From the NCBI GenBank assembly GCA_015233335.1, contig JADFXX010000005.1, positions 65,550 through 129,549 of the forward strand: a stretch of 64,000 bases of DNA, in the 5' to 3' direction. Below the pieces are notes generated by a model, which was not told the origin of the DNA, did not search any database, and saw only the letters and a program-made list of their open reading frames with translations. The DNA comes from Candidatus Omnitrophota bacterium (GTDB lineage: Bacteria; Omnitrophota; Gorgyraeia; Zapsychrales; Fredricksoniimonadaceae). The first letter of the stretch is position 1, and each line of letters begins with the position of its first letter. The position numbers and the translations under genes are program-made. Below, piece by piece: positions 8,831 through 18,676 of this stretch.

Positions 8831-9706
8831 ATGCTTAGGGAAAAGGTTGCAGGATTATTACGAAGCTTGGGGATAAAGCCGACCCGTTTTTATGAAAGGC
8901 TGGCTCAACTCTCAATTAATGCGTCTTTAATCGAAAACGGCATGGGGCCGCTGGTCAAGAAGTTAAAAAGTATAGTTCCGGATCTTAGTCGGCAATACTC
9001 ATTCGGGATGGAGGCATTTAATGATTATGCGTCCGTTAAAATGCGGGGCATGCATGCGTTCCAATGTTCTTTGATGCTGACACTTATTGAGGGTATGGGA
9101 AAGAGGACATTAACAGTTGTGGATATAGGGGATTCATCAGGAACGCATATGCTGTATTTAAAGGAGCTGGCTAAAGACAAATTCCATATTGATACGATCA
9201 GTGTTAATCTTGACCCAAGGGCCATAGAAAGAATTAAGGCCCGGGGGTTGGAAGCCATTTATTGTCGTGCAGAAGAATTAGACTTAGGTGATAAGAAAAT
9301 CGATCTATTTACCTCATTTGAAATGGTTGAGCACCTGCATAATCCGGTGATCTTTTTTCGTCGTTTAGCCAAAAAAAGCACTTGTTCTAGGATGCTTGTA
9401 ACCGTACCTTATCTAAAAAAAAGCAGGGTCGGGCTGTACTATATTCGGACTAACTCCGTTAAACCTATTTCTGCGGAAGAAGAACACATTTTTGAACTCA
9501 GTCCGGAAGATTGGTCGTTGCTTTTTAAACATGCGGGCTGGAAAGTTATCCACAGCAAAACGTACTATCAGTATCCGCGTAAAATCCCTTTATTAAGAAG
9601 CCTCCTTGCGGCATTTTGGAGGGCCACTGATCTTGAAGGGTTTTGGGGAGCTGTTTTAGAAAAGGATACGACAGCGTCTGATTTATATCAGGATTGGGAG
9701 GAATGA
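8831..9706 (+). CDS. Class I SAM-dependent methyltransferase
   Basis: 291 aa; motif I VVDIGDSSGTH and DLFTSFEMVEHLHNP block; GGAGAGG RBS. Confidence 0.75.
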   Translation: MLREKVAGLLRSLGIKPTRFYERLAQLSINASLIENGMGPLVKKLKSIVPDLSRQYSFGMEAFNDYASVKMRGMHAFQCSLMLTLIEGMGKRTLTVVDIGDSSGTHMLYLKELAKDKFHIDTISVNLDPRAIERIKARGLEAIYCRAEELDLGDKKIDLFTSFEMVEHLHNPVIFFRRLAKKSTCSRMLVTVPYLKKSRVGLYYIRTNSVKPISAEEEHIFELSPEDWSLLFKHAGWKVIHSKTYYQYPRKIPLLRSLLAAFWRATDLEGFWGAVLEKDTTASDLYQDWEE

Positions 9707-9734
9707 TTCGCCCTTTTTTTAAGGTCATGAGCCT

Positions 9735-10511
9735 ATGGCAGTTAAAAATATTCAATATAAGACAAAGCAGATCTCAGAATATTTTACAACGAACAGGATA
9801 AAATGGGGCCAATTTTATCCGTCTGAAAAATGGATCTTCGAGAAGGTCGCGGGGACAGATGGTAAAATGGGAAAGATTCTGGATGTAGGCTGTGCCGCCG
9901 GCGGGCTTGGGTTGGCGCTAAGGGAGCGTTTTTTTGTGTCGCAATATGTCGGCGTGGACATTAACGCTCCAGCTATTGAGGAGGCCCAAAAAAGGAAAGT
10001 AAAAAAGAATTGTCCAAGCCAATTTATCTGTGGGGATATATTGGACATTCACCAGCTGCCTGCCGAAAAATTTGATAACGTTTTTTCTTTGAGCTGTGCG
10101 GATTGGAATAAGGCGACGGAAGATATCATCAGCGAATGCTGGAAGTATGTTCGTGTCGGGGGACATTTTATTTTAACCCTGCGATTGACCCCGCAGAAGT
10201 CATTACTTACTTTGTCTGAGAGCTTTCAGTATATTTATTTTGGAAAAGGGGCCCCGGAAAAAAAGCAGGGGATTGAAAAAGCGCCGTATATAGTATTGAA
10301 TGCTTCCCATGCATTTTCGTTATTATCCGGTCTTCAGCCTAAGCCGGACCGTATTATGGCCTATGGATATTGGGGGGCACCTTCCCGGACAGCCAGGACA
10401 AAATATGATCGATTGGTTTTTACGGCGTTAGCTGTGAGAAAATCTGATCATAATTTGAAAGATGTATCATGCGAGCTGCATTTACCGGCGGATTTATTTA
10501 TCAGAGGATGA
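9735..10511 (+). CDS. Class I SAM-dependent methyltransferase
   Basis: 258 aa; motif I ILDVGCAAGGLGLAL, later FDNVFSLSCADW block. Confidence 0.75.
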   Translation: MAVKNIQYKTKQISEYFTTNRIKWGQFYPSEKWIFEKVAGTDGKMGKILDVGCAAGGLGLALRERFFVSQYVGVDINAPAIEEAQKRKVKKNCPSQFICGDILDIHQLPAEKFDNVFSLSCADWNKATEDIISECWKYVRVGGHFILTLRLTPQKSLLTLSESFQYIYFGKGAPEKKQGIEKAPYIVLNASHAFSLLSGLQPKPDRIMAYGYWGAPSRTARTKYDRLVFTALAVRKSDHNLKDVSCELHLPADLFIRG

Positions 10512-11629
10512 CTTATATGGATAAACATCATTACATAGCACCGAAAGCCAGGGGACCTGTCGCTGACCCGAAACTATTTAGGCCGGATTGGACAACAGGA
10601 ACTCCCAGGGATCCGGCATTGCTATGGTTGGATAAAAACGAAAATACTGATCCGGAAATGGCGAAATTAGCCAACAGGGTCCTCTCTGAAATTGACCAGA
10701 CGGCTATCGGCACTTATCCGGAGTGTGCTCCTCTTTATCATAAATTAGGGGCCTATCTTGGGATCGGCGCTGATCATTTGTTGTTAACGGCAGGATCAGA
10801 CGGCGCAATCCGCTCTGTCTTTGAGGCTTTTATTGACCCCGGTGATGTGGTGATCCATCCGGTGCCCACATTTGCCATGTATGCTGTTTATTCGGCCATG
10901 TACGGGGCGAAGGTTATCCCGCTGGAATATCATCCTTCGGATCAAGGGCCGTCTTTGCCCGTTGAAGAAGTGTTAGAAATGATTGCCCGGTCGCGGCCTA
11001 AATTAGTCTGCCTCCCTAATCCGGACAGCCCCACAGGTACAGTTTTTGTTCCTGACCAATTGCGCCGCATTATTGAAGCGGCAGGCGAAGCAGGTGCGCT
11101 CATCCTCATAGATGAAGCGTATTATCCGTTCTATGCTCATACGATTATTCCATGGGTCGATGAATATCAAAATTTAGTTGTGACGCAAACATTTGCTAAG
11201 GCTTGGGGATTGTCGGGTTTAAGGATAGGTTTTGCGGCATCATGTCCGCAGGTGGCTCGGCTACTTCATAAGGTTAGACCCATGTATGAAGTGAATACAG
11301 TTGCCCTCGCAATCATGGAAAAGATGCTTGAGCACAGTGATGCTATGACAGCATCGGTGAAAAGATTAAATGCCGGGAAAGAATTCTTTCTGGATGCCAT
11401 GCAAGGTCTGGGGCTCAAAGTATTGAAATCACACGGTAATTTCCTTCACGTTGCTTTTGGTGCTCACGCCTCAGCAGTGCATGAGCATTTAAAAAACAAG
11501 GTTCTTTACAGGCTTGATTTTAAGGAACCCTGCCTGAAAGGTTTCAGCCGGTTTTCTGCAACGACTCCGGAACGGTTTAATCCGCTTATTGAGTGTATTC
11601 GTCAAACTATTAATGGAAAACAGGAATAA
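10508..11629 (+). CDS. HisC-family (class I/II) PLP-dependent aminotransferase
   Basis: LWLDKNENTDP, LLLTAGSDGAIRSVFEAF, NPDSPTG and TFAKAWGLSGLRIGF (PLP lysine) blocks as in histidinol-phosphate aminotransferases. I prefer the ATG at 10508 (ATGA overlap with the upstream stop) over the ORF-track start at 10469. Confidence 0.8.
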   Translation: MTYMDKHHYIAPKARGPVADPKLFRPDWTTGTPRDPALLWLDKNENTDPEMAKLANRVLSEIDQTAIGTYPECAPLYHKLGAYLGIGADHLLLTAGSDGAIRSVFEAFIDPGDVVIHPVPTFAMYAVYSAMYGAKVIPLEYHPSDQGPSLPVEEVLEMIARSRPKLVCLPNPDSPTGTVFVPDQLRRIIEAAGEAGALILIDEAYYPFYAHTIIPWVDEYQNLVVTQTFAKAWGLSGLRIGFAASCPQVARLLHKVRPMYEVNTVALAIMEKMLEHSDAMTASVKRLNAGKEFFLDAMQGLGLKVLKSHGNFLHVAFGAHASAVHEHLKNKVLYRLDFKEPCLKGFSRFSATTPERFNPLIECIRQTINGKQE

Positions 11630-11632
11630 GCC

Positions 11633-12727
11633 ATGAAAAATGAAGAAATCAGAGTTGCTATTATAGGCTGCGGCCGTATCGCCGGTCATCATTGCCGGTC
11701 GATCAGGGACACAGAAGGTGTAAAGCTCTTGGCGGTTTGTGATCTAATTCAGGAAAAAGCGGCGGCGTATGGCAAGGAATTCAATGTCCCTTATTTCACT
11801 AATTATCGCCAAATGTTGCGGGATTTACCGCAGATCAACACAGTCGCTGTGATTACGCCTTCGGGGATGCATCATGAACATGCCATGGAGATGCTAAGCT
11901 TATATAAAAAGAATATAATTGTAGAAAAGCCGACGTTTATGCGGCCTTCACAACTTAAAGAAGCGTATGATTTGGCTCAAAAATTCGGATTATATGTATT
12001 CCCTGTTTTTCAAAATCGTTATAATCTGGCTGTACAAAGAGTACGGAAAGCTTTAAATAATGAGGAGCTCGGAAAAGTTCGTATCGTGTCTGTTCGTGTG
12101 CGCTGGTGTCGTCCTCAGCGGTATTATGATTTAGCTGCCTGGCGCGGGACTTATGCGCAGGATGGAGGCGCATTGACCAATCAGGGCATTCATCATGTTG
12201 ATCTGATGAGAAATTTAGGCGGGGCTGTTAAGAAAGTCAATGCTGTCATGCGTACGCTAGGCGCTGATATTGAGGTCGAAGACAGCGTTGTTGCGACGGT
12301 AGCTTATGAAAGCGGCGCCATGGGAGTACTGGAAGTGACGACTGCGGCCCGTCCCGATGATTTTGAGGCCTCCATTTCTTTTGTTTGTGAAAAAGGGTTA
12401 GCTCAGATAGGGGGGATCGCAGTCAACGAACTACAGATTTTTACACCCGATCCATCGGCCTGTGCGGCGTTTAGCGAAGACTTTTCGGGGTGTATTTATG
12501 GCAATGGACATAAGGAGATGTACAAGGATATCGGGGCATTTTGGTACAAGGATGTTCCTTATCCGGTTGGGAGAGAAGATTGCTTAAGCACAATTAAGTT
12601 ACTTCATTCTTTTTACCGTGCCGATGAAGAAGGGGCATCGGTGGATGTCGATAGCGACAAAGAATCGAAACGTCTGGGGCGTGCGGATGAGGAATTAGCA
12701 AATCTCTATCGGACGCCGATGATCTAA
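11633..12727 (+). CDS. Gfo/Idh/MocA-family NAD(P)-dependent oxidoreductase
   Basis: 364 aa; N-terminal Rossmann RVAIIGCGRIAGHH and IVEKPT (EKP) motif. Confidence 0.8.
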   Translation: MKNEEIRVAIIGCGRIAGHHCRSIRDTEGVKLLAVCDLIQEKAAAYGKEFNVPYFTNYRQMLRDLPQINTVAVITPSGMHHEHAMEMLSLYKKNIIVEKPTFMRPSQLKEAYDLAQKFGLYVFPVFQNRYNLAVQRVRKALNNEELGKVRIVSVRVRWCRPQRYYDLAAWRGTYAQDGGALTNQGIHHVDLMRNLGGAVKKVNAVMRTLGADIEVEDSVVATVAYESGAMGVLEVTTAARPDDFEASISFVCEKGLAQIGGIAVNELQIFTPDPSACAAFSEDFSGCIYGNGHKEMYKDIGAFWYKDVPYPVGREDCLSTIKLLHSFYRADEEGASVDVDSDKESKRLGRADEELANLYRTPMI

Positions 12728-12741
12728 GGAGATTACATCCA

Positions 12742-13788
12742 GTGAAAAAATTAAAAGTCGGCATTGCAGGTTATGGTGTTGTGGGGAAACGGCGCCGTGA
12801 AGTCATTGATAAGCACGCAGGACTGCAGACCGTGGCTTTATGTGACCGCGTGTTTTCGAGTGACGGAAAATTTGATGACGGAGTCAGGTTCTATACCCAT
12901 TACAAAGAACTGCTCAAGGAAGATCTGGACATTCTTTTTGTTTGTTTGACCAATGATATCGCCGCTCAAGTGACGGTTGCGGGACTGGAACGTGGGCTTC
13001 ATGTCTTTTGCGAAAAACCCCCGGGGAGGGATTTGAATGATATCGCCAGAGTAATAGCCTGTGAAAAGAAACATCCGGGACTGAAGCTCAAATATGGTTT
13101 CAATCACCGTTATCACGATTCGGTTCGGGAGGCGTTGAGGATCATCAAGGCCGGTGAGCTTGGGGCTGTGATCAATATGCGGGGTGTCTACGGAAAATCC
13201 AAGATCATCAGTTTTGATTCAGATTGGCGCACCAAAAGAGCCTTGGCAGGCGGTGGTATTTTATTAGATCAGGGCATCCATATGGTGGACCTGATGCGGC
13301 TCTTTGCCGGGGATTTTACGGATGTTCACAGTTTTGTGTCCAATAGTTACTGGCACCACGATGTGGAAGATAATGCCTATGCCTTGATGCGTACAGCAGA
13401 TGGGGTTGTGGCCATGCTGCACTCTTCGGCAACCCAGTGGCGCCATCGATTTCAATTGGAGATCACGTTGGCTCGCGGCATGATCATTCTCTCCGGCATA
13501 TTGTCCGGTTCAAAAAGTTATGGTGCAGAAACGCTTCTGGTCGCATATGCGGATGATAAAGATGAGGGTGACCCTCGGGAGGTGACGATACGTTATAACC
13601 AAGATAACTCCTGGTGGGATGAAATTTGTGATTTCGCTGATGTGGTTTTAAAGGGCAAGCCTGTGGTGGAGGGTTCTTCGACGGAAGCTTTAGAGACCAT
13701 GCGTTTAGTGTACAGGATCTATTGTGCCGATCCCCAGTGGCGAGATAAATATAAACTTAATGATCAGGCGCCGGATATCATTGCTTAA
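12742..13788 (+). CDS. Gfo/Idh/MocA-family NAD(P)-dependent oxidoreductase (second copy)
   Basis: 348 aa; LKVGIAGYGVVGKRR Rossmann motif and FCEKPP motif; GTG start 9 nt after AAGGAG. Confidence 0.8.
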   Translation: MKKLKVGIAGYGVVGKRRREVIDKHAGLQTVALCDRVFSSDGKFDDGVRFYTHYKELLKEDLDILFVCLTNDIAAQVTVAGLERGLHVFCEKPPGRDLNDIARVIACEKKHPGLKLKYGFNHRYHDSVREALRIIKAGELGAVINMRGVYGKSKIISFDSDWRTKRALAGGGILLDQGIHMVDLMRLFAGDFTDVHSFVSNSYWHHDVEDNAYALMRTADGVVAMLHSSATQWRHRFQLEITLARGMIILSGILSGSKSYGAETLLVAYADDKDEGDPREVTIRYNQDNSWWDEICDFADVVLKGKPVVEGSSTEALETMRLVYRIYCADPQWRDKYKLNDQAPDIIA

Positions 13789-13821
13789 TTTTACAGTTAC
13801 AAAGAGCGGGCAGGGAGAATA

Positions 13822-14832
13822 ATGGATATGTATGTTGCCATTGCCAAAGAACTCCTGAAGAGCGTTCATGCGCGGCCTGTGTGTGTTGATGTGGGCAGTG
13901 CAGGAGGATTTCATCAGAGGCTGGAAGCTGTCCGGTCAGAAGTGGATATTATTGGTTTCGATGCTGACCCGGATGAATGCGCACGGCTTAACGCGGCGGC
14001 CAAGCAGGGAGAGCGGCATATTAACGCCGCTATAGGTAGGGAGAATGAAAAGATCACACTTGAATTACATAAGAAGAGAAAGACATCTTCTTGTTACAAA
14101 ACGAATATGGACAGGGTTTCTTATTTTTATGATGCTGAAAGATTTACGCCTGAGGGTGAAATATCTTTTACTACGCACAGCTTGGATGCTATTTGCGCAT
14201 CCGAGGGTATAAAGCGGATTGATTATATCAAGGTTGATGTTGAGGGCCATGAGCTTGCTGTTCTTGAGGGATGTGCTAAGGTTTTTTTGTTTGCTGAGCT
14301 AGAAGTGTATTTTCATCCGTTTCGCGAGGGAGCCTGTTCTTTTGATCAGATCATGAGCCATATGCGCCAGAGAGGTTATATTTTAATGGATCTGCGCAGG
14401 AATTATTGGAGTCCCAAAAGTACAGATGCCATAAGAAATTACAGCGTCAAAGGTATGCTCATGTTCGGGGATGCTTTATTTTGCCTGGATCCTTTCTTGA
14501 AAGTTAACCAGTCTGCATGGAGCACGGCAGAAGCCAGGGCCGGGTATCTAGCTTTGCTTAGTTTGTATGGCTATACAGCCGAAGCGCTGATGTTTATTGA
14601 TGTGCTTAAGGGCAACGGGTCCATGCCGACTGATGAGGCCGAGATTTTCAAAGGGATCATTATGCGAGGATCTGTTCGTCGTAAATGTAAGGCTCGGTTG
14701 GGACGGATTATGCTGCTGATGGAAAAATGGATGCAGTTTCCTATTGCCGTTCGTTCGGGTCTTTCTTTGAGTGCCCATTGTCAGGGGGACGGGGAATTGG
14801 GAAATCTGGATGAACGGGGAGGAGTGGAATGA
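13822..14832 (+). CDS. FkbM-family methyltransferase
   Basis: 336 aa; IDYIKVDVEGHELAVLEG block characteristic of FkbM-type methyltransferases. Confidence 0.7.
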   Translation: MDMYVAIAKELLKSVHARPVCVDVGSAGGFHQRLEAVRSEVDIIGFDADPDECARLNAAAKQGERHINAAIGRENEKITLELHKKRKTSSCYKTNMDRVSYFYDAERFTPEGEISFTTHSLDAICASEGIKRIDYIKVDVEGHELAVLEGCAKVFLFAELEVYFHPFREGACSFDQIMSHMRQRGYILMDLRRNYWSPKSTDAIRNYSVKGMLMFGDALFCLDPFLKVNQSAWSTAEARAGYLALLSLYGYTAEALMFIDVLKGNGSMPTDEAEIFKGIIMRGSVRRKCKARLGRIMLLMEKWMQFPIAVRSGLSLSAHCQGDGELGNLDERGGVE

Positions 14833-15593
14833 AGATTATAGGTGTTGTCCCGGCCCGTATGGCCGCAAGTCGTTTTCCCGGAAAGCCTTTATATCCGATT
14901 TGCGGGAAGCCTATGGTGGAGCATGTTTTTTGTCGGGCGGCGATGTTCCCCAAATGGGACGGGCTGTATCTGGCGACTTGTGATCAGGAAATCTTTGATT
15001 TTGGAAAATCGAAAGGTTGGCCGACGATCATGACATCGGACCGTCATACCCGCGCATTGGACAGGGTTGCCGAAGCGGCCCAAAAGTGCGGGCATGATCT
15101 TGATGATCAGGATATTGTTGTATGTGTGCAAGGTGATGAACCGATGCTCCATCCGGACATGATCACGGCCGTCGTACGTCCCCTTGAAGAAAACAAGCAG
15201 GTCCATGGGACGGTACTTTCCATTGCTATTGCAGATGAAGAGCAATTTAAGAATCCGGACATCGTTAAAATTATCCATAATATCAAAGGGGATGTTCTTT
15301 ATACTTCCCGCTTACCGATACCCTATTGTAAAAAATTCAGCCTTGAGCTTGGTGCGCGTCGGATCGGAGGTATTTTTGGATTTCGATGGCATTTCCTTAA
15401 AACATTTACCGGCTTGCCGGAATCCCCGCTCGAGTTGAAGGAATCATGCGATAGCAATAGGTTTTTGGATCATGGGTATCACCAAAGGATCGCCCCGTAC
15501 CCTTGTAAAGCGGTGTATTCAATCGACAGCCCGGCAGATGTGCGGCAAGTGGAACAGCATATGAAAAATGATCCTCTATGGGGATCATACTAG
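14829..15593 (+). CDS. KdsB-like cytidylyltransferase (CMP-ulosonic acid synthetase family)
   Basis: 254 aa; KIIGVVPARMAASRFPGKPL N-terminus and VCVQGDEPMLHPDMI block match the CMP-Kdo synthetase family pattern; ATGA overlap with the FkbM gene. Confidence 0.75.
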   Translation: MKIIGVVPARMAASRFPGKPLYPICGKPMVEHVFCRAAMFPKWDGLYLATCDQEIFDFGKSKGWPTIMTSDRHTRALDRVAEAAQKCGHDLDDQDIVVCVQGDEPMLHPDMITAVVRPLEENKQVHGTVLSIAIADEEQFKNPDIVKIIHNIKGDVLYTSRLPIPYCKKFSLELGARRIGGIFGFRWHFLKTFTGLPESPLELKESCDSNRFLDHGYHQRIAPYPCKAVYSIDSPADVRQVEQHMKNDPLWGSY

Positions 15594-15611
15594 TTTTATC
15601 ATGGGAGAGAT

Positions 15612-16364
15612 ATGAATCAAAATGAGAGTAAATTTTTCAGTAAAAGCGAGTTGTCCCGCTATGATGCGACAAGTTTACCGTTTATTTATTTATTAAAGTC
15701 CGCGTACATTCAGATACGGCGTAAGTTATGGGGAAAATTCTTTGATAAAGACGCACGAATGGTATGGACGATCGACGCTGTGAGTGATGCTGTCGGGCCG
15801 GCGGATAATGTGAGGAACTATCTTGAAAGAAGGACACTACGTTCGGTCTTGTCTGAAGTAACAAAGAACGGTCCGATTGCGTCGGCCTGTGAAGTCGGGT
15901 GCGGATATGGACGGTTGATCATGGTCTTGAAGGAGTATGCCTCCAAGGTTGTCGGTTTTGAGAGAGAAGGTCATCTTTTAGATGTTGCCAAGTCTTTATT
16001 GCCGGACATAGTCTTTTGTCAATGTGATTCACTGAACATGGTTGATCAAAGAAAACTGGGGCCGTTTGATTTTGCCATGACATGGACGGTGTTGCAGCAT
16101 CTGACCGATGAAGATTGTCAAGCTGTTATTACTGCGATAAAGCATTTAGTGCCTAACGGGTATATATTAATATCTGAGAAGACACAAGCAGTGGCGGTCA
16201 CACAAAACGTTACTGAAGGTAGGCAGTTTATCAGTCGGGCGAGATCGGTGGAAACATATAAAGATTGGATGAAGCCGTACACTCTAGTTAAAATTTTAAA
16301 TACTTCGGTTGAAAATACTTATCATAACAAGACACCGGGAACATGCATGTTGTTTAAAAGATAA
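15612..16364 (+). CDS. Class I SAM-dependent methyltransferase
   Basis: 250 aa; motif I ACEVGCGYGRLIMVL, FDFAMTWTVLQHL block. Confidence 0.7.
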   Translation: MNQNESKFFSKSELSRYDATSLPFIYLLKSAYIQIRRKLWGKFFDKDARMVWTIDAVSDAVGPADNVRNYLERRTLRSVLSEVTKNGPIASACEVGCGYGRLIMVLKEYASKVVGFEREGHLLDVAKSLLPDIVFCQCDSLNMVDQRKLGPFDFAMTWTVLQHLTDEDCQAVITAIKHLVPNGYILISEKTQAVAVTQNVTEGRQFISRARSVETYKDWMKPYTLVKILNTSVENTYHNKTPGTCMLFKR

Positions 16365-16396
16365 TCCGAACAATATTTTTATGTGGAGGCACTGTT

Positions 16397-17308
16397 TTGG
16401 GCATTGAAAAGATCAAGATATTGCTTGGGCCGTCAACTTTTGCAGAAACAGATAAATCTCCATTGGAGAAACTCGCCTCTGCCGGTTTCGAGGTCATCCA
16501 CAACCCTTATAAGCGGAAACTAACAGAGGATGAACTTCTCAAATTGCTGCCGGGAGTGGTGGGGCTGATCGCCGGTTTGGAGCCCTTAAACCGCAAGGTA
16601 TTGCAAGCTTCCTGTTTAAAGGTGATTTCACGATGCGGTTCAGGACTTTCCAATGTGGACCTTCAGGCCGCCCGAGATCTAGGCATTATCGTGCGCAGCA
16701 CTCCGTCCGGCCCAACAACAGCAGTTGCGGAATTGACACTGGGTTGCCTGCTGTCTCTTTTACGGCAGATACCTCCTATGAACCAGTCGCTCCATCAGGG
16801 GACTTGGGTTAAGCGTATCGGCAGACAACTGCAGGGCGCTTGTGTTGCCGTTATTGGATTTGGAAGAATAGGAAGAAAGGTAGGGCAACTGCTGGCAGCC
16901 TTTGGTGCCAAGGTAGTGGCTGTTGACCCCCTGCTTTCTGGGGAAGTAGAAAACATTAAGATCGTTCCTTTGTCAGAGGCGCTTAAAAAGGCGGATATCA
17001 TCACTTTGCATGCAAGCGGTGAAGATCGGTTGTTGGGAAGCGGTGAATTTGAAATGATGAAGGAAGGTGTTTTTATTTTAAATGTCGCGCGTGGCGGTCT
17101 GTTGGATGAAAAAGCCCTGGCGAAGGCCATTGATGGTAAGAAGGTGGCCGGGGCTTGGCTGGATACATTCGATGTAGAACCGTATAGTGGTATTCTCTGT
17201 CGATATGAACAAGTTATTTTAACGCCGCATATCGGTTCATATACGGTTGAATGTCGTCGAGAAATGGAGATGGAAGCAGTTTTAAATCTCATGGATTCCT
17301 TTAAGTAA
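16397..17308 (+). CDS. D-isomer-specific 2-hydroxyacid dehydrogenase (phosphoglycerate dehydrogenase-like)
   Basis: 303 aa; NAD fold VAVIGFGRIGRKVGQLLAAFGAKVVAVDP, NVARGGLLDE and catalytic TPHIGSYT blocks; TTG start 6 nt after GGAGG. Confidence 0.8.
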   Translation: MGIEKIKILLGPSTFAETDKSPLEKLASAGFEVIHNPYKRKLTEDELLKLLPGVVGLIAGLEPLNRKVLQASCLKVISRCGSGLSNVDLQAARDLGIIVRSTPSGPTTAVAELTLGCLLSLLRQIPPMNQSLHQGTWVKRIGRQLQGACVAVIGFGRIGRKVGQLLAAFGAKVVAVDPLLSGEVENIKIVPLSEALKKADIITLHASGEDRLLGSGEFEMMKEGVFILNVARGGLLDEKALAKAIDGKKVAGAWLDTFDVEPYSGILCRYEQVILTPHIGSYTVECRREMEMEAVLNLMDSFK

Positions 17309-17317
17309 AGGCATTTT

Positions 17318-18076
17318 ATGGCCCCTGTCGATCTGGACGGATTGTTGTTATTGGCAACTGATACGGCAAAGCTTGCTGCCGAAATTGCTTTGAAAGACCA
17401 TCCTGCCTTGAGACATGCGAAGGTTGATTTGAATCGAGATATCAAGCTCGAAGCGGATTATGAACTTGAAAGGGTTATCATAGAAAATATTGTACGCAAG
17501 TCGGACTATCCTATATTGTCCGAGGAACGGGGAATGGTGGCTCGTCAAGGGGGCAGGGGCAGTTATCGTTGGATCATTGATCCGTTAGACGGAACGCTTA
17601 ATTTCTATCGCGGTATTCCCATGAGCTGCATTTCTATTGGCTTGTGGAAAGATATGGAACCTTTGTTGGGGGTTGTTCTTGATTTTAACCGTCAAGAAAT
17701 TTTTACGGGCTGTGTCGGGCGCGGGGCCTGGTTGAATGGGGTTGGGGTCAAGGTTAGTCCTGTGACAGAAAAATCAAAAGCTGTACTGTGTACCGGATTT
17801 CCGATTAGTTCTGATTTTTCAAAAGAGCCGTTACTTGAGTTCGTTGAGGATATTAGAATGTTCAAAAAAGTCCGTTTATTTGGTTCTGCCGCGTTGTCGC
17901 TTGCGTATGTAGCCAGCGGAAGGGTCGATGGCTATCGTGAAAATTGTATTAAGATTTGGGATGTGGGGGCAGGATTGGCTTTAGTTAAAGCGGCGGGCGG
18001 AGAGGTATGCGTACAGAAGGCAGGTCATGATTTTGTTTTAAATGTCAAAGCGTCAAGTTCAAGCATTCTTTTTTAG
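17318..18076 (+). CDS. Inositol-monophosphatase-family phosphatase
   Basis: 252 aa; ILSEERG, WIIDPLDGTLNF and WDVGAGLALVKAAGG signature blocks. Confidence 0.8.
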   Translation: MAPVDLDGLLLLATDTAKLAAEIALKDHPALRHAKVDLNRDIKLEADYELERVIIENIVRKSDYPILSEERGMVARQGGRGSYRWIIDPLDGTLNFYRGIPMSCISIGLWKDMEPLLGVVLDFNRQEIFTGCVGRGAWLNGVGVKVSPVTEKSKAVLCTGFPISSDFSKEPLLEFVEDIRMFKKVRLFGSAALSLAYVASGRVDGYRENCIKIWDVGAGLALVKAAGGEVCVQKAGHDFVLNVKASSSSILF

Positions 18077-18085
18077 GAGGGTTAA

Positions 18086-18673
18086 ATGGATACTTCGGGC
18101 AGAAAAGATTATTTTAAAAATTACATCAAGCATTTACATGAGATTTTGATGGGGCTGGACCTCCATGAGGTGGAAAAGGTCGTAGACTGTTTTTTATTAG
18201 CCCGCAAGAACAAAAGGACCATTTTTTTTATCGGTAACGGAGGCAGTGCGGCGACGGCTTCCCATTTTGCGCAGGATATCGGAGAGGTCGGAAGAAAAGC
18301 AAAGGTCACCGGATTTAAATCTTTGAGTTTGACGGACAACACATCCCTGATCACCGCCGCCGCAAATGACCATGGCTATGACAAGATATTCACGGTCCAG
18401 CTCGAAGAGCTTTTTAGCCCCGGGGATGTGCTGGTCGCTATTTCTGCCAGCGGCAACAGCCCTAATGTTGTCAGTGCCGTGGAATTTGCGAAAAAGGCAG
18501 GGGGTATAACCATAGGGTTTATTGGATTTAGCGGCGGGAAACTTAAAAGTCTTTGTGAGCATGTCATTCATGTAAAAACCCAGATCGGTGAATATGGGCC
18601 CGTAGAAGATGTTCATTTGATCATGGACCATCTTATTCAATCTTATTTGATCTCCCTGCTGTCTGATAAATAA
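18086..18673 (+). CDS. SIS-domain sugar-phosphate isomerase (GmhA-like)
   Basis: 195 aa; IFFIGNGGSAATASHFAQDI and LVAISASGNSPNV blocks as in phosphoheptose isomerase-type SIS proteins; AGGAGGG RBS. Confidence 0.8.
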   Translation: MDTSGRKDYFKNYIKHLHEILMGLDLHEVEKVVDCFLLARKNKRTIFFIGNGGSAATASHFAQDIGEVGRKAKVTGFKSLSLTDNTSLITAAANDHGYDKIFTVQLEELFSPGDVLVAISASGNSPNVVSAVEFAKKAGGITIGFIGFSGGKLKSLCEHVIHVKTQIGEYGPVEDVHLIMDHLIQSYLISLLSDK

Positions 18674-18676
18674 ACC

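Noticed and set aside
10469-10507. Longer N-terminal extensions suggested by the ORF track (10469, 22796, 41712, 48793, 53807, 55008)
   Set aside because: In each case a downstream in-frame ATG gives a canonical family N-terminus and/or a proper RBS or stop-start overlap (10508, 22811, 41715, 48811, 53837, 55053). The upstream part overlaps the preceding gene or uses a rare start codon.
16795-17445. 216-aa ORF on the minus strand
   Set aside because: It is entirely antisense to two well-supported genes (2-hydroxyacid dehydrogenase and IMPase-family phosphatase). Its composition is Ser/Ala/Pro/Arg-rich and low in complexity, with no motif or RBS. This is a typical shadow ORF.
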